Of a stretch of 64,000 bases of DNA, positions 9,480-19,198 are shown piece by piece. The notes beneath the pieces are model-generated. The model saw only the letters and a program-made list of their open reading frames with translations. It ran no database searches and had not been told where the DNA came from. A program made the translations under genes and the position numbers. Origin of the DNA: Escherichia phage vB_EcoM_G10400; the sequence record MK327937.1, one strand, 5' to 3'. Numbering within the stretch: position 1 is the stretch's first letter; every line of letters begins with the position of its first letter.

Positions 9480-11293
9480 TGGTGTTTAACCCTATGCATG
9501 ATTTCTTTATTTTTGCCGAGATTAAATCCACGTTCGTTCGGATTTCCCAAATAACCACAAGTTCTTCTTATTGTGTTCATCTTTTTAGGATCAGTTTCTC
9601 CACAAATAGAACAAACAAACCCGTTTTCAGTAGGAGTCATTTCATGGGTACTTCCACACGTAAAACATTTATCTACTGGCATGTTAACACCAAAATAATC
9701 TAAATGTTGTGCAGCATAATCCCAGACAGCCTCAAGACCTTTTAGGTTATTTTTCATATCAGGAAGTTCAACATAAGAAATGTGACCACCTGTCGCAATG
9801 AAATGATATGGCGCTTCACGAGAAATTTTTTCAAACGGAGTAATATTTTCTTCTACTGAAACGTGGAAACTATTAGTGTACCAGCCTTTATCGGTAACAT
9901 CTTTTACACTTCCATATTTTTCTGTATCAAGTTTACAGAAGCGATAACAAAGGTTTTCAGCAGGAGTCGAATATAAACTAAAAGCAAATCCAGTTCTTTC
10001 AGTCCACTGTTTAAGATGAGCATTCATTTTAGTTAAAATTTCTTGTCCAATATCACGACCGACAAGAATATTCAATTCGTGAATACCAATGTATCCTAGG
10101 GACACTGAACTTCTACCATTTTTAAATAACTCAATTATATCGTCATCAGGTTTAAGACGAACCCCGAATGCACCTTCTTGGTAAAGAATAGGAGCAACAG
10201 TCGCTTTAACTCCTTTTAAGGAACTAATTCTACACATCAAGGCTTCAAAGCACAGATCCATTCGTTCATTAAATAGCTCAACAAATTTCTGTTCATTGAA
10301 CTGTGTTCCAATATAAGAATCTAATGCGATACGAGGAAGATTCAGTGTTACAACACCGAGATTATTACGTCCATCAAGAATTTCATTACCAGTCGAATCT
10401 TTCCATACGCTCAAGAAACTACGGCAGCCCATCGGAGAAACAGGAATAGATGAACCAGTGATAGCTTTATTGTTCTTAGCTGAAATAATATCAGGATACA
10501 TCCTTTTGCTTGCACACTCTAGAGCAAGCTGCTTAATATCATAGTTCGGATCGTCTTTATAAAGATTAACACCTTCTTCAACGAACATAACAAGCTTAGG
10601 GAAAATAGGAGTTATCCCATCACGACCGAGACCTTTAATACGATTTTTCAGAATTGCTTTCTGAATCATTCGTTCAGTCCAGTCAGTTCCCGTACCAAAT
10701 GTAATTGTTACAAAAGGTGTTTGCCCGTTTGAACTAAAGAGAGTATTTACTTCATATTCATAAGCTTGAAATGCATCGTATACATCTTTTTCTGTTTTAG
10801 ATTGAGCATAATTCAACGCATCAGCGATTTGCCATTTTTCTGCATCCTCAATATGTTTTGCATAGGTGCGTTTAACATAAGGAGAAAGTACTTTATCTAC
10901 ATTAGCAAAAGTCGTTCCGCCGTATTGGTGAGAAGCAACCTGTGCAGTAATTTGTGCCATAATTGCAGTAGCAACTCCAATTGATTTAGGAGTTTCAATC
11001 TGTGCATTACCAAGCTTAAATCCGTTCTCAAGCATTCCTTTTAAATCTACTAAACAGCAATTAGTAAAAGGCAATGATATACTGTAATCTAAATCATGAA
11101 AATGAATTAATCCAACATTATGGGCATTTACAATATGACTTGGAAGAATACGACAAGCGATATGTTTAGAAACAATACCGGCCATTAAATCTCTTTTTGT
11201 TGGAAAGACGCGAGAATCTTTGTTGGCGTTTTCCGTATTTAATTCTTTATCTTTATTTGAAATAAAATTTAAAACATCTTTTTCTAAAGACAT
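9476..11293 (-). CDS. nrdD: Anaerobic ribonucleoside-triphosphate reductase
   Basis: 605 aa uninterrupted ORF; C-terminal glycyl-radical motif (RRTCGYLG) and a Cys-rich zinc site. Confidence 0.95.
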   Translation of the reverse strand: MSLEKDVLNFISNKDKELNTENANKDSRVFPTKRDLMAGIVSKHIACRILPSHIVNAHNVGLIHFHDLDYSISLPFTNCCLVDLKGMLENGFKLGNAQIETPKSIGVATAIMAQITAQVASHQYGGTTFANVDKVLSPYVKRTYAKHIEDAEKWQIADALNYAQSKTEKDVYDAFQAYEYEVNTLFSSNGQTPFVTITFGTGTDWTERMIQKAILKNRIKGLGRDGITPIFPKLVMFVEEGVNLYKDDPNYDIKQLALECASKRMYPDIISAKNNKAITGSSIPVSPMGCRSFLSVWKDSTGNEILDGRNNLGVVTLNLPRIALDSYIGTQFNEQKFVELFNERMDLCFEALMCRISSLKGVKATVAPILYQEGAFGVRLKPDDDIIELFKNGRSSVSLGYIGIHELNILVGRDIGQEILTKMNAHLKQWTERTGFAFSLYSTPAENLCYRFCKLDTEKYGSVKDVTDKGWYTNSFHVSVEENITPFEKISREAPYHFIATGGHISYVELPDMKNNLKGLEAVWDYAAQHLDYFGVNMPVDKCFTCGSTHEMTPTENGFVCSICGETDPKKMNTIRRTCGYLGNPNERGFNLGKNKEIMHRVKHQ

Positions 11294-12105
11294 AATTCTA
11301 ATTTATCCTTTTGAAATTCTTCGTCTAAATATGGGTTCCAACCCATTTTAAACCTTTTGATGAAATTATCAATTCTAAATTTCGGTAAGTTTAAATCCGC
11401 AAAAATAGATGATTTACTTTTAAAATCTGGACTTAAATAATCATATAAAATTTCTGCGTATTTTAACCATAATATACAAGTACCAGATTTAATTGCTCTT
11501 GGAGTTTTCCAAGGTTTTACACCATACATCGGATTTCCGCTTCCTTTATGCCTGATAGAAGATGAAATTCCAATTTTAATTTTAGCTTCCTTTGTATGCG
11601 AAAATCCACGATGTGGATTTTCTTTCCAGTATTTTTTAGAAGCTTCTGATATTTTCTTTCTAGCTAAATTAGTATGATGCTTTCCATAAAATCCATGATT
11701 TTTGCCTTTATTACGATTTCTTTTAATCATGGTTATTGATTGCTTTTCTCTAGTTTCTTTAGAAGGAGAAATACCATATGTCGTAAATCGGCCATCAGCA
11801 TATGCTAAATTAAAATACTCTTTATTCCATACATCTTTTTCTATATTCTTTTGAAATTCAGCTTCAATGCTAGTTATTTGTTCATCTCCGACTAATTGAA
11901 AATATAATATTTCAACTTTCGGCGTTTCTTTCAATAAGGCTTTTTGAAATTCGGAAGATGACGAAGACGAATAATAAAATTTACCATTTTTATCAATAAT
12001 ATTCGTTCCATCAAAAGTGCAATTGGTTTTACTTCCAATGTAATAATATGGTGGGGTTTTAGCATTAATTCTATTAATAAATGATAGTTTATATACTACA
12101 TTCAT
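11284..12105 (-). CDS. GIY-YIG family homing endonuclease (free-standing)
   Basis: 273 aa; N-terminal GIY-YIG-like motif (VYKLSF...YYYIGSK) followed by repeated H-T-x-E-x-K-x-K-I-type DNA-binding motifs; its stop overlaps the nrdD start. Confidence 0.7.
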   Translation of the reverse strand: MNVVYKLSFINRINAKTPPYYYIGSKTNCTFDGTNIIDKNGKFYYSSSSSSEFQKALLKETPKVEILYFQLVGDEQITSIEAEFQKNIEKDVWNKEYFNLAYADGRFTTYGISPSKETREKQSITMIKRNRNKGKNHGFYGKHHTNLARKKISEASKKYWKENPHRGFSHTKEAKIKIGISSSIRHKGSGNPMYGVKPWKTPRAIKSGTCILWLKYAEILYDYLSPDFKSKSSIFADLNLPKFRIDNFIKRFKMGWNPYLDEEFQKDKLELCL

Positions 12106-12575
12106 TTTAAACTCTTTCTAAGCTGCTTCTTGAATGAAGCTATTAATTGTGTTTTGGTGTCAGATTCATTATATTCAAATCCTCTTTGAAGCATCTCAGC
12201 CATCATTTCCTCTTTTCCTAAACGAGAAAATTCCTTTGATTTATCTCCAACAAAGTTAGGGTGAATATTATTTTGGGTGTAATCGGATTTTAAATAAGTA
12301 AGTAAATTTTCTAACCATTCAAGATAATCAACCCCTTGTCCCTTTAAGCCAGAACGATTAAATTTATGTTTCATTTGACCTTCTGCGGCATTACAGAGAT
12401 TACAAAGCAATCCACGTACCTTTCCTGCTTTTGGTCCATTTAATTCATGGTCATGGTCGAGGTGATTAGCTTGAACGTCAGGATTTAGTTCTCGTTGGCA
12501 AATTAAACATTTACCATTTTGTGCATCATAAAATTTCTGTTTTTCTTCTTTGTATAATTTGCCAGTCAATAACAT
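12102..12575 (-). CDS. 49: Endonuclease VII (Holliday-junction resolvase)
   Basis: 157 aa; zinc-binding Cys cluster and HNH-like core; matches T4 gp49 from memory. Confidence 0.9.
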   Translation of the reverse strand: MLLTGKLYKEEKQKFYDAQNGKCLICQRELNPDVQANHLDHDHELNGPKAGKVRGLLCNLCNAAEGQMKHKFNRSGLKGQGVDYLEWLENLLTYLKSDYTQNNIHPNFVGDKSKEFSRLGKEEMMAEMLQRGFEYNESDTKTQLIASFKKQLRKSLK

Positions 12576-12582
12576 AATAAAC

Positions 12583-12607
12583 CCTTACCTTAAATAGATA
12601 AGGGTAT
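12583..12607 (-). promoter_or_regulatory. Stem-loop in the gene 49 leader
   Basis: Inverted repeat accctta / taagggt (7 bp stem, 11 nt loop) just upstream of the gene 49 start; regulatory role inferred. Confidence 0.35.
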
Positions 12608-12616
12608 TTATTATTT

Positions 12617-13120
12617 TCAAGTATTGTAAAACATTTGATTCAATCGCTTATATTGCCGAATCTTTTGGTCAGAAAAAGAAATTTGAGTTTCAAGCCATTC
12701 AATGTATTCTGCGGCAGCTTGCATCAGGTTACCTTCATAACCATCGTTATTTTCTTGCGCAGCTAATTTAGCTAATGCGTATGAAATACGTTCACCTTGA
12801 AAATCGGCTTTAGGCTTCTGAACAACTTGATTAGTTCGCTCTACAACTTCTTCAATTTCGCCATTTTCAACGGATTCAGTATTCCATAAGCACCAATACG
12901 TAATTGGCTTATCATAGATATTAATAATCTTTCCGTCGGAAAGTTCAATTTCAATAATTCCAGTATCAGGCTCTATATCATCTTCACATTCTTTTGCAAG
13001 TTCACGAACTTTAAAGACAGTACCTGCGCTAAGTTCCGGCCAGTAATTACACAGCCCTGTATCAGTACGATTAATTCTAAACCACTTATCTACTGTAATC
13101 ATGTCCCATCTCCATATCAA
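12617..13120 (-). CDS. Hypothetical protein (occupies the position of T4 pin)
   Basis: 167 aa ORF between gene 49 and nrdC; the pin assignment is by synteny only. Confidence 0.45.
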   Translation of the reverse strand: MIWRWDMITVDKWFRINRTDTGLCNYWPELSAGTVFKVRELAKECEDDIEPDTGIIEIELSDGKIINIYDKPITYWCLWNTESVENGEIEEVVERTNQVVQKPKADFQGERISYALAKLAAQENNDGYEGNLMQAAAEYIEWLETQISFSDQKIRQYKRLNQMFYNT

Positions 13121-13225
13121 TTAAGTCATTTATCGTTGGTTCATTATATACTGTTTCTTCATCAGTGTAAACCGGTTCTTCCGGCTCTGGCTCTACAGTT
13201 TCCCATCTAGCCGCCCACCAAGGTT

Positions 13226-13546
13226 TTATAGCGTAATCCATTCTCGTACTGTCTGAGTTACTACACGTTCATGGGGCTCTACTAGTTCAACAGTCGGAAC
13301 TGCATAATACCAGTCAGAATGATAAGAACCTGACCGAGATTCATTTACGGAAACATGTACGTTATGTTTTGGACTAAAATAAACACACTGACGATATTGG
13401 CATTTACCATCTTGCACCCAGTCTTCTATTTCGACAGGTTTAAGATAATCGGAAAAATCGAAATCATAGTTTTCCGAAAATGCATCGTGGTCTTCAATGA
13501 TTTCGCTCAGAACTGCATCAACATCTAATTTATTTTCAGTATTCAT
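13226..13546 (-). CDS. Hypothetical acidic protein
   Basis: 106 aa ORF. Confidence 0.4.
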   Translation of the reverse strand: MNTENKLDVDAVLSEIIEDHDAFSENYDFDFSDYLKPVEIEDWVQDGKCQYRQCVYFSPKHNVHVSVNESRSGSYHSDWYYAVPTVELVEPHERVVTQTVREWITL

Positions 13547-13557
13547 TTTTTCACCAA

Positions 13558-13767
13558 TTAATTTCGCAATTTATTAAGTTCTTCATCATCAATCCAGGAT
13601 TCTAGTCCTGTTGGCAGGTCACATTCAATTTCCCAAAGAAGTTCTTCAATTTTATGAAGACGATCTAATTCTTCAACAGGAATAGTAACCATTGACGGAG
13701 CTCGTGATACATTAATATCGTAAATCATATTTACCCCAGTTTGACCATGCAATCGCCGTATTTCCAC
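13558..13767 (-). CDS. Hypothetical protein
   Basis: 69 aa ORF. Confidence 0.35.
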   Translation of the reverse strand: MEIRRLHGQTGVNMIYDINVSRAPSMVTIPVEELDRLHKIEELLWEIECDLPTGLESWIDDEELNKLRN

Positions 13768-13946
13768 TTAGAAATAGACTTTTCACCATTAGAATAATAA
13801 ACTTCGAGTTTAGCACGATTATTTTTAATTTGAATAACCTTGGCTGTCATCAAAGTTCCATACCCATAATAAACTGCAACTTCATCACCTACATACACCG
13901 CGCTTCCACGGTAATCATGGATATAATCAGTTCCTTCGAGCATCAT
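13731..13946 (-). CDS. Hypothetical protein
   Basis: 71 aa ORF; stop/start overlap with nrdC. Confidence 0.4.
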   Translation of the reverse strand: MMLEGTDYIHDYRGSAVYVGDEVAVYYGYGTLMTAKVIQIKNNRAKLEVYYSNGEKSISKWKYGDCMVKLG

Positions 13947-14206
13947 TTAAAATATTCTCGCAGTTGGTCAAATCCACCAATATGACTTCCATCAGGAGCA
14001 AATACCTGAGGCATTGTCAAGCCGATTTGAGTATCACGACCTAGTTTAGTCAGAAGCTCAGCGATTTTCTCATCATCAAAAACACCTTTTTCCGGCATAA
14101 TGTTGACAAATTCAAATGGCTGTTTCTTCACGGTCAAAAGACGTTTTGCATTATCACAATACACGCATTTGTGGATGTTGCTATCATAACCATATACTTT
14201 AAACAT
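13943..14206 (-). CDS. nrdC: Thioredoxin (glutaredoxin-type)
   Basis: 87 aa; CVYC redox motif; matches T4 NrdC from memory. Confidence 0.85.
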   Translation of the reverse strand: MFKVYGYDSNIHKCVYCDNAKRLLTVKKQPFEFVNIMPEKGVFDDEKIAELLTKLGRDTQIGLTMPQVFAPDGSHIGGFDQLREYFK

Positions 14207-14207
14207 A

Positions 14208-14450
14208 TTATTCCTTAATTCCTAGTACTTGTTTAAAAGTCTCGTCGTAATCAAGACTTTGACCCGTTTGTTCTTTATGTTTGTATATAATATCACTTAC
14301 TTCTGATAGCATATTTTTATATGAACGAGTTAAAGCAGATTTAAGCACGCTGTATCTATCAGGAAATTTACCATGTTCATTATAATAAGCTATTGCTAAT
14401 TCACGGACTGCCTTTTCAGCAGCCTCCATATATTCTTTACGCTTGGTCAT
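14208..14450 (-). CDS. Hypothetical protein
   Basis: 80 aa ORF; first of eleven ORFs between nrdC and the 21.7 kb mark. Confidence 0.45.
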   Translation of the reverse strand: MTKRKEYMEAAEKAVRELAIAYYNEHGKFPDRYSVLKSALTRSYKNMLSEVSDIIYKHKEQTGQSLDYDETFKQVLGIKE

Positions 14451-14452
14451 TT

Positions 14453-14842
14453 TTAATCCAAAATATTATTAGGCATTGGTTGAACACTCACAAGTTCTTT
14501 AAAGAACTCAGTAGAGTCAGGCAATTTAACCATTTCCGGAGCATGCTTACTGAATTTATGTTTACATTGACGGCATTTATATTCAAGCTCTGGTTTACGC
14601 CAGTTAATCAATTGAACTTGTTCAGTACCGCATTCAGGGCAATTAGGAACGTTTTTAGAAGCTCTTTCACGTCGTTCAACCATAGCCATAATAGCATCCC
14701 ATGCTGGAGGTTTAAAATCTAAATCGTCGCAGCCGTGAATCTTTCCACGCATTTCCATATCATCTTCCTCACCAGCCATAATAATTTTAATTAAACTGGA
14801 ATTACTTGAAGCTGCAATGTCTTCTAATAAACGCTTTTTCAT
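14453..14842 (-). CDS. Zinc-ribbon protein
   Basis: 129 aa with a CPECG...CRQCKHKF Cys4 ribbon. Confidence 0.5.
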   Translation of the reverse strand: MKKRLLEDIAASSNSSLIKIIMAGEEDDMEMRGKIHGCDDLDFKPPAWDAIMAMVERRERASKNVPNCPECGTEQVQLINWRKPELEYKCRQCKHKFSKHAPEMVKLPDSTEFFKELVSVQPMPNNILD

Positions 14843-15765
14843 TTCAATACCTCAATAGCATTACGTAAACCATTTGCTTTTGCATTAAGAGCTTTTAACA
14901 ATTTGGTGTGTTCTGCAATTTGGGCTTCAACTTCAATCAAACGGGCATTGAGATATTCACGTTCTTCACTCAGATTATCAACCTTTTCTACTTTAGGCTC
15001 TTTTACAACTGTCTTATATGTATTAGGGTTCTTCAGTTTAATTAGAATGCGTGAACTGTATAACATTGAACCATTATCTTCGGTTTCATCATACATTTCT
15101 ACTACGTCCATGATTTTTAACATCATGCGGAGTTTATAAGACAATGAACGAATAGTTTTGTTGTGCTTATTAATTTCTCTAGAGTTCATGGTGCCGAGAT
15201 TACGTGAGTAATAATAAGGAACCTGGATATTAATTAACACTGATGAACCACCTGGCTTGTGTGTTACTTCATCAGCAATAACCCAATCCTTAACATGAAC
15301 TGTATTTGTACGGTCATCGCCTGCGGTAAATAGTTTGCAAGCATGCTTAAAAAGCATATTCACTTGGGTATTGAATTGACAAGCAAATTTATCAGCAAAT
15401 TTAGTTTCAGGAATGGTAGATAACCAATCAGCTAAATGGGTCTTTTTAACATCGTTAACAATAGTAAATTCAACCAAATCGGTTATAGATGTCGCAGTTT
15501 TAATGAATCTCGGCTTCATAAAGTTTTTAATGTTATCGCGAGCTACAGTAGAAGATAACATACGAGAACGTTTAAACCATTCAAGCAAATTGCCTAACGA
15601 ATGAGAATAAGCGTTTTGAGTATCTTTACAGATATGATTTTCCTGGCCAACATATTGAAGGAAATCACGAAGAATATTATTAATTACTGCTCTGTGTCCG
15701 ATCTGATAATTGTGGTGTTTAGTAATAAGACTGTCAAAATAATCAATATAATGTTTACGAGTCAT
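14839..15765 (-). CDS. Hypothetical protein with C-terminal coiled coil
   Basis: Track ORF 14839-15816 begins with a TTG; the ATG at 15763-15765 follows a GAGGAG ribosome-binding site (308 aa). C-terminal ~50 aa is a heptad coiled coil. Confidence 0.55.
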   Translation of the reverse strand: MTRKHYIDYFDSLITKHHNYQIGHRAVINNILRDFLQYVGQENHICKDTQNAYSHSLGNLLEWFKRSRMLSSTVARDNIKNFMKPRFIKTATSITDLVEFTIVNDVKKTHLADWLSTIPETKFADKFACQFNTQVNMLFKHACKLFTAGDDRTNTVHVKDWVIADEVTHKPGGSSVLINIQVPYYYSRNLGTMNSREINKHNKTIRSLSYKLRMMLKIMDVVEMYDETEDNGSMLYSSRILIKLKNPNTYKTVVKEPKVEKVDNLSEEREYLNARLIEVEAQIAEHTKLLKALNAKANGLRNAIEVLK

Positions 15766-15822
15766 ATTAATCTCCTCAGTAGAAAGTAAGAACATTATAC
15801 CACATCCTTGTGGCAAAGTAAA

Positions 15823-16845
15823 CTAGTTCAGTGCATTTAGTGCGTTGTTCAGTTTAGAACGTTGCTTTGTCAGATTTTGAACCCTTGACTGAGCTTGTTC
15901 TAACGCCTTTTCAGCTTCTAGCACTTCATTGGTCGCTTTAACGAGTTCATCATCTACTGCCTTAAGAGACTTCTCAATCGCGTCAGCGTGCCATTTTTCT
16001 ACAGGTTTAAAATTTGAATTTTCAGTAGGAAGAAAACTCACTTTATTAAGTTTACATGCATCTATATTGCTTGAGCTATACATCCAAAATTTAGGATCGT
16101 TTGATAAGTAATTGGATAAATTTAAGTTATCTTGCACTTCCTGCTTTTTCTCTTGCGGGACTTCGTCCTTTCTCAAAAAATCGTATTTAAATGAAACGAT
16201 CATATCAAGTTCATATGTTGTTGTATGTTCCCAATTTCGCTCAAAACGAGGTAAAATCTTAGATTGAACAGCAGCAACAACATCCATATACTTAAATGCT
16301 TCTGTCAACTGTGATTTAAGGCATTCACAAATTGAAAGAGAATTTTTAGTATTAGGCTTAAAGCTAATTCGTGCAGTTCTATTATTTTCTTTAGATGGTC
16401 TTACTTCCATTTGAAGAGTATAACCATCAAATTTCAGATTCTTTAAGTTAATATCAGAACCTTTTAATCGACTAGCCGTCGACAAAATTTGCTTTAATTG
16501 TCTACGGAACAGAGCAATAAATCTCCATTCAAGACGATAATGATTTGGATTGAAAAATCCAGATGATAAATCGACCTTACTTTGACCAACGCCTCGAACA
16601 AATAGAGGATTTTTATAATCAATAGTTTTACAGAAATCGGTGAGCTGCTCACGAGCAGTCATTTGTGTAATATACCCCGCTTCATTAAAATTACGCACCC
16701 ATTCACTGCTGTTTAGATGTTTAAAGGCGTGAATGGAACAATTAACTTTATCAGGGTCTAAATTATTTTCACACAAAAATGTCATAACATCACAAGTATA
16801 ACTGGCATTACGAACCATATCTTCAATTTGAGAACGAGTTTTCAT
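15823..16845 (-). CDS. Hypothetical protein with C-terminal coiled coil
   Basis: 340 aa; ATG start with AAGGA ribosome-binding site; C-terminal coiled coil. Confidence 0.55.
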   Translation of the reverse strand: MKTRSQIEDMVRNASYTCDVMTFLCENNLDPDKVNCSIHAFKHLNSSEWVRNFNEAGYITQMTAREQLTDFCKTIDYKNPLFVRGVGQSKVDLSSGFFNPNHYRLEWRFIALFRRQLKQILSTASRLKGSDINLKNLKFDGYTLQMEVRPSKENNRTARISFKPNTKNSLSICECLKSQLTEAFKYMDVVAAVQSKILPRFERNWEHTTTYELDMIVSFKYDFLRKDEVPQEKKQEVQDNLNLSNYLSNDPKFWMYSSSNIDACKLNKVSFLPTENSNFKPVEKWHADAIEKSLKAVDDELVKATNEVLEAEKALEQAQSRVQNLTKQRSKLNNALNALN

Positions 16846-16853
16846 GGTGTTCC

Positions 16854-17741
16854 TTAAGATTTAAGTAAATCAACAATTTTAATTAATTTTTCACGCTCAG
16901 ATTTAGCTTTACTACTCAATCCAGATAGTCTGAAAATTTCATCATCATATTGCTGAATAGAAATATTTAGCTCTTCAATCTGCTTATTAAAATAAGCAAT
17001 TTGTTCAGAATGTTTTTCATTACTGCGAACTGGTACAGGTTTTGTAGGTAATTTAGATGAACTGGATTCATCCGGGCGATAAATTAAAATACAACTTGAA
17101 CCAATCGGACATTTAGCACCAGACACATATTCTAATGTTCCAGCTTCTTTTAAAACTTCAAAAGCTAAACAGAGATGATGACCCATATTGACATAATCTG
17201 TAGAGCGAGCTCTGATGTAATAATCATCTCCACGAATACTAAATTTAAAGCATTTAAGGTCTTCTGTATTATTGGTCTTAAAAATCATTTGTTTATCTAG
17301 ACCTTTAGCTAATCGAGCGCCTAATGCTAATAATCGTCGTTGATTTTCCCACAAATCCGCGATCATTTGGTCAAATGATAATTTCGGCATTAGTCGACCA
17401 TAAAGGTCGTATCCTTTATTATAATTGCGAAGGATTTCACTCGCGTTAATGCGAGACAACGCTCCAATTTTATTAAGGGCTTTCATGATGCGATTAGATA
17501 AAAGCATTCCAGACCCGTTTGTTCGTTGTAAATGTTTTTCTAATCCAAATCCAATATCAACTTTAAACTTATCTAAAATTTCGGCGTGAACATCTTTATC
17601 AATAACATTTAAATTTAGTACTGGGTTAAATTTATGAAAAAATTTATCTGACTCGTCGTGTTGAAGTACAGTCCATTCATTTGATTTTTTATTAACTAAA
17701 GATTTAATTACTGCATTGACATTATTAATTACTACTGACAT
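16854..17741 (-). CDS. Hypothetical protein with C-terminal coiled coil
   Basis: Track ORF 16854-17765 begins with a TTG; the ATG at 17739-17741 follows a GAGGA site (295 aa). C-terminal coiled coil. Confidence 0.55.
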   Translation of the reverse strand: MSVVINNVNAVIKSLVNKKSNEWTVLQHDESDKFFHKFNPVLNLNVIDKDVHAEILDKFKVDIGFGLEKHLQRTNGSGMLLSNRIMKALNKIGALSRINASEILRNYNKGYDLYGRLMPKLSFDQMIADLWENQRRLLALGARLAKGLDKQMIFKTNNTEDLKCFKFSIRGDDYYIRARSTDYVNMGHHLCLAFEVLKEAGTLEYVSGAKCPIGSSCILIYRPDESSSSKLPTKPVPVRSNEKHSEQIAYFNKQIEELNISIQQYDDEIFRLSGLSSKAKSEREKLIKIVDLLKS

Positions 17742-17748
17742 ATTTTCC

Positions 17749-18150
17749 TCACTCAATTTTACCAATTACGCGGAATAAGATTGAACAGACTATATAAGCA
17801 CCGCATATAGATTGAACTAATGCCATTCCAAAGAACCAAACAATATTATCAAACCATGTCTGTTTTACGTCGAAAGGACGTAAACTTACAGTAATATTAT
17901 CGCCTTTTTCTATTGAAGAATACATCTCCGGTGAAATATATTCACTAAATCTATAACCGTCATTTAGTTCATATACGGCAATAAACGATAAACTAGACCC
18001 CTTTCCTTGAGTTCCTGCAAGGGTATTAACTACAGTAACATCATAATCTTTATAATGCATATAATCATTAATAGCATAATAACCATATGCAATTACTATA
18101 CATAAACAACATATCAATAAATTCAATCTTTTAATTATCAACTGTTTCAT
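17749..18150 (-). CDS. Membrane protein
   Basis: 133 aa with N- and C-terminal hydrophobic helices. Confidence 0.5.
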   Translation of the reverse strand: MKQLIIKRLNLLICCLCIVIAYGYYAINDYMHYKDYDVTVVNTLAGTQGKGSSLSFIAVYELNDGYRFSEYISPEMYSSIEKGDNITVSLRPFDVKQTWFDNIVWFFGMALVQSICGAYIVCSILFRVIGKIE

Positions 18151-18205
18151 AATAATCTCAATTAAAAGGGCTTAAAACCATTATACCATCCTTGGTATAA
18201 AGCAG

Positions 18206-18733
18206 TTATGCGAGTACCGTCTTTAACCGTTCTTCAAACTTCCGAAGAGTATTTTGGCGTTCAGCTCTTTGCTTTTTGTAAGTTTCAATACGCTCTGAAA
18301 TGAGAGTGTATCGTTCATTTACTGATTCTTTCATAAAATCAGGAATTTCACGAGAAGCTTTAATCTCATCAAATTTATCAATAACAGCTTGCTCTTCAGC
18401 AATTAAGTTATCATACATCAAAATATCTTTCTTGATGAACTCAATATCTTCTTGAGTTACACGAGATAATTTAGATGCTTTATCCTTTTTGTACTGTTCG
18501 TTAGTATCACGAGACCAGTGTAATATACGATTTTTATTCATATTTTTGTAAATTTCTACAATACCAATCTCATCGATAATAACGATCCAATTCCAACGAG
18601 ATTTGTAAATTTGTCCTCCATCAACAGTGATTTCACCTCCGATTGAGATGTCATTAAAGAACTTGCTTTGTGCTTCAGATTTAAATTTACCATCATTGTA
18701 GTTTACCAAGTTGAAAATATCTTTAGCATTCAT
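18206..18733 (-). CDS. Hypothetical protein
   Basis: 175 aa; GGAGGA ribosome-binding site; downstream of the early promoter at 18755-18800. Confidence 0.5.
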   Translation of the reverse strand: MNAKDIFNLVNYNDGKFKSEAQSKFFNDISIGGEITVDGGQIYKSRWNWIVIIDEIGIVEIYKNMNKNRILHWSRDTNEQYKKDKASKLSRVTQEDIEFIKKDILMYDNLIAEEQAVIDKFDEIKASREIPDFMKESVNERYTLISERIETYKKQRAERQNTLRKFEERLKTVLA

Positions 18734-18754
18734 TTTCTGTTCCTCCGTAGTTGA

Positions 18755-18800
18755 TAGTTATATAGTACCACAGAGGAACAGTCTTGTAAACAACTAAAAG
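18755..18800 (-). promoter_or_regulatory. T4-type early promoter
   Basis: -35 GTTTAC (plus 18786-18791) and the recurring -10 block TGGTACTATA (plus tatagtacca, 18761-18770). Confidence 0.6.
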
Positions 18801-19108
18801 AAACTTCTTTCACAATTTTTTCCACTGAACCACGCGCTCACTGCTTTCTTAGTCTCAGGAGCGGTGTTATCCATAAACCATTCAAAGGCAGCCTTTTTAT
18901 GATTCTGGAGGGCTTCTCGGGCTTTAATCTGCTCACGGTCTATTAACACTAACATATGAGCCTTTCTTGTCACCAGGGGCTTCTTATGATTTTTTGAATA
19001 TTCCCAATCATTTGTCCAACGCATTGTCGTTGCGAACTGATGAACTGCGTCTTTAATTTTAGTTTCATAAATTTCACGAGCCTTTGAGTATAACATCACT
19101 ACCTCCAT
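18794..19108 (-). CDS. Hypothetical protein
   Basis: 104 aa ORF. Confidence 0.45.
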   Translation of the reverse strand: MEVVMLYSKAREIYETKIKDAVHQFATTMRWTNDWEYSKNHKKPLVTRKAHMLVLIDREQIKAREALQNHKKAAFEWFMDNTAPETKKAVSAWFSGKNCERSFF

Positions 19109-19198
19109 TTACCAGTTTAATTCTAGTCATCTTTTTGATGGCAGTCCATATAATCTATTTCTGAACTGCCTTTTTGTCTTAGAAGTCCTCTTATGAAT

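Noticed and set aside
9476-11293. Looked for a group I intron interrupting nrdD
   Set aside because: The reading frame is continuous over 605 codons including the C-terminal glycyl-radical motif, so there is no intron in this allele.
14393-15789. Plus-strand ORFs in the early region (14393-14722, 14903-15139, 15413-15604, 15601-15789)
   Set aside because: Antisense to strong minus-strand genes in a uniformly minus-strand transcription block.
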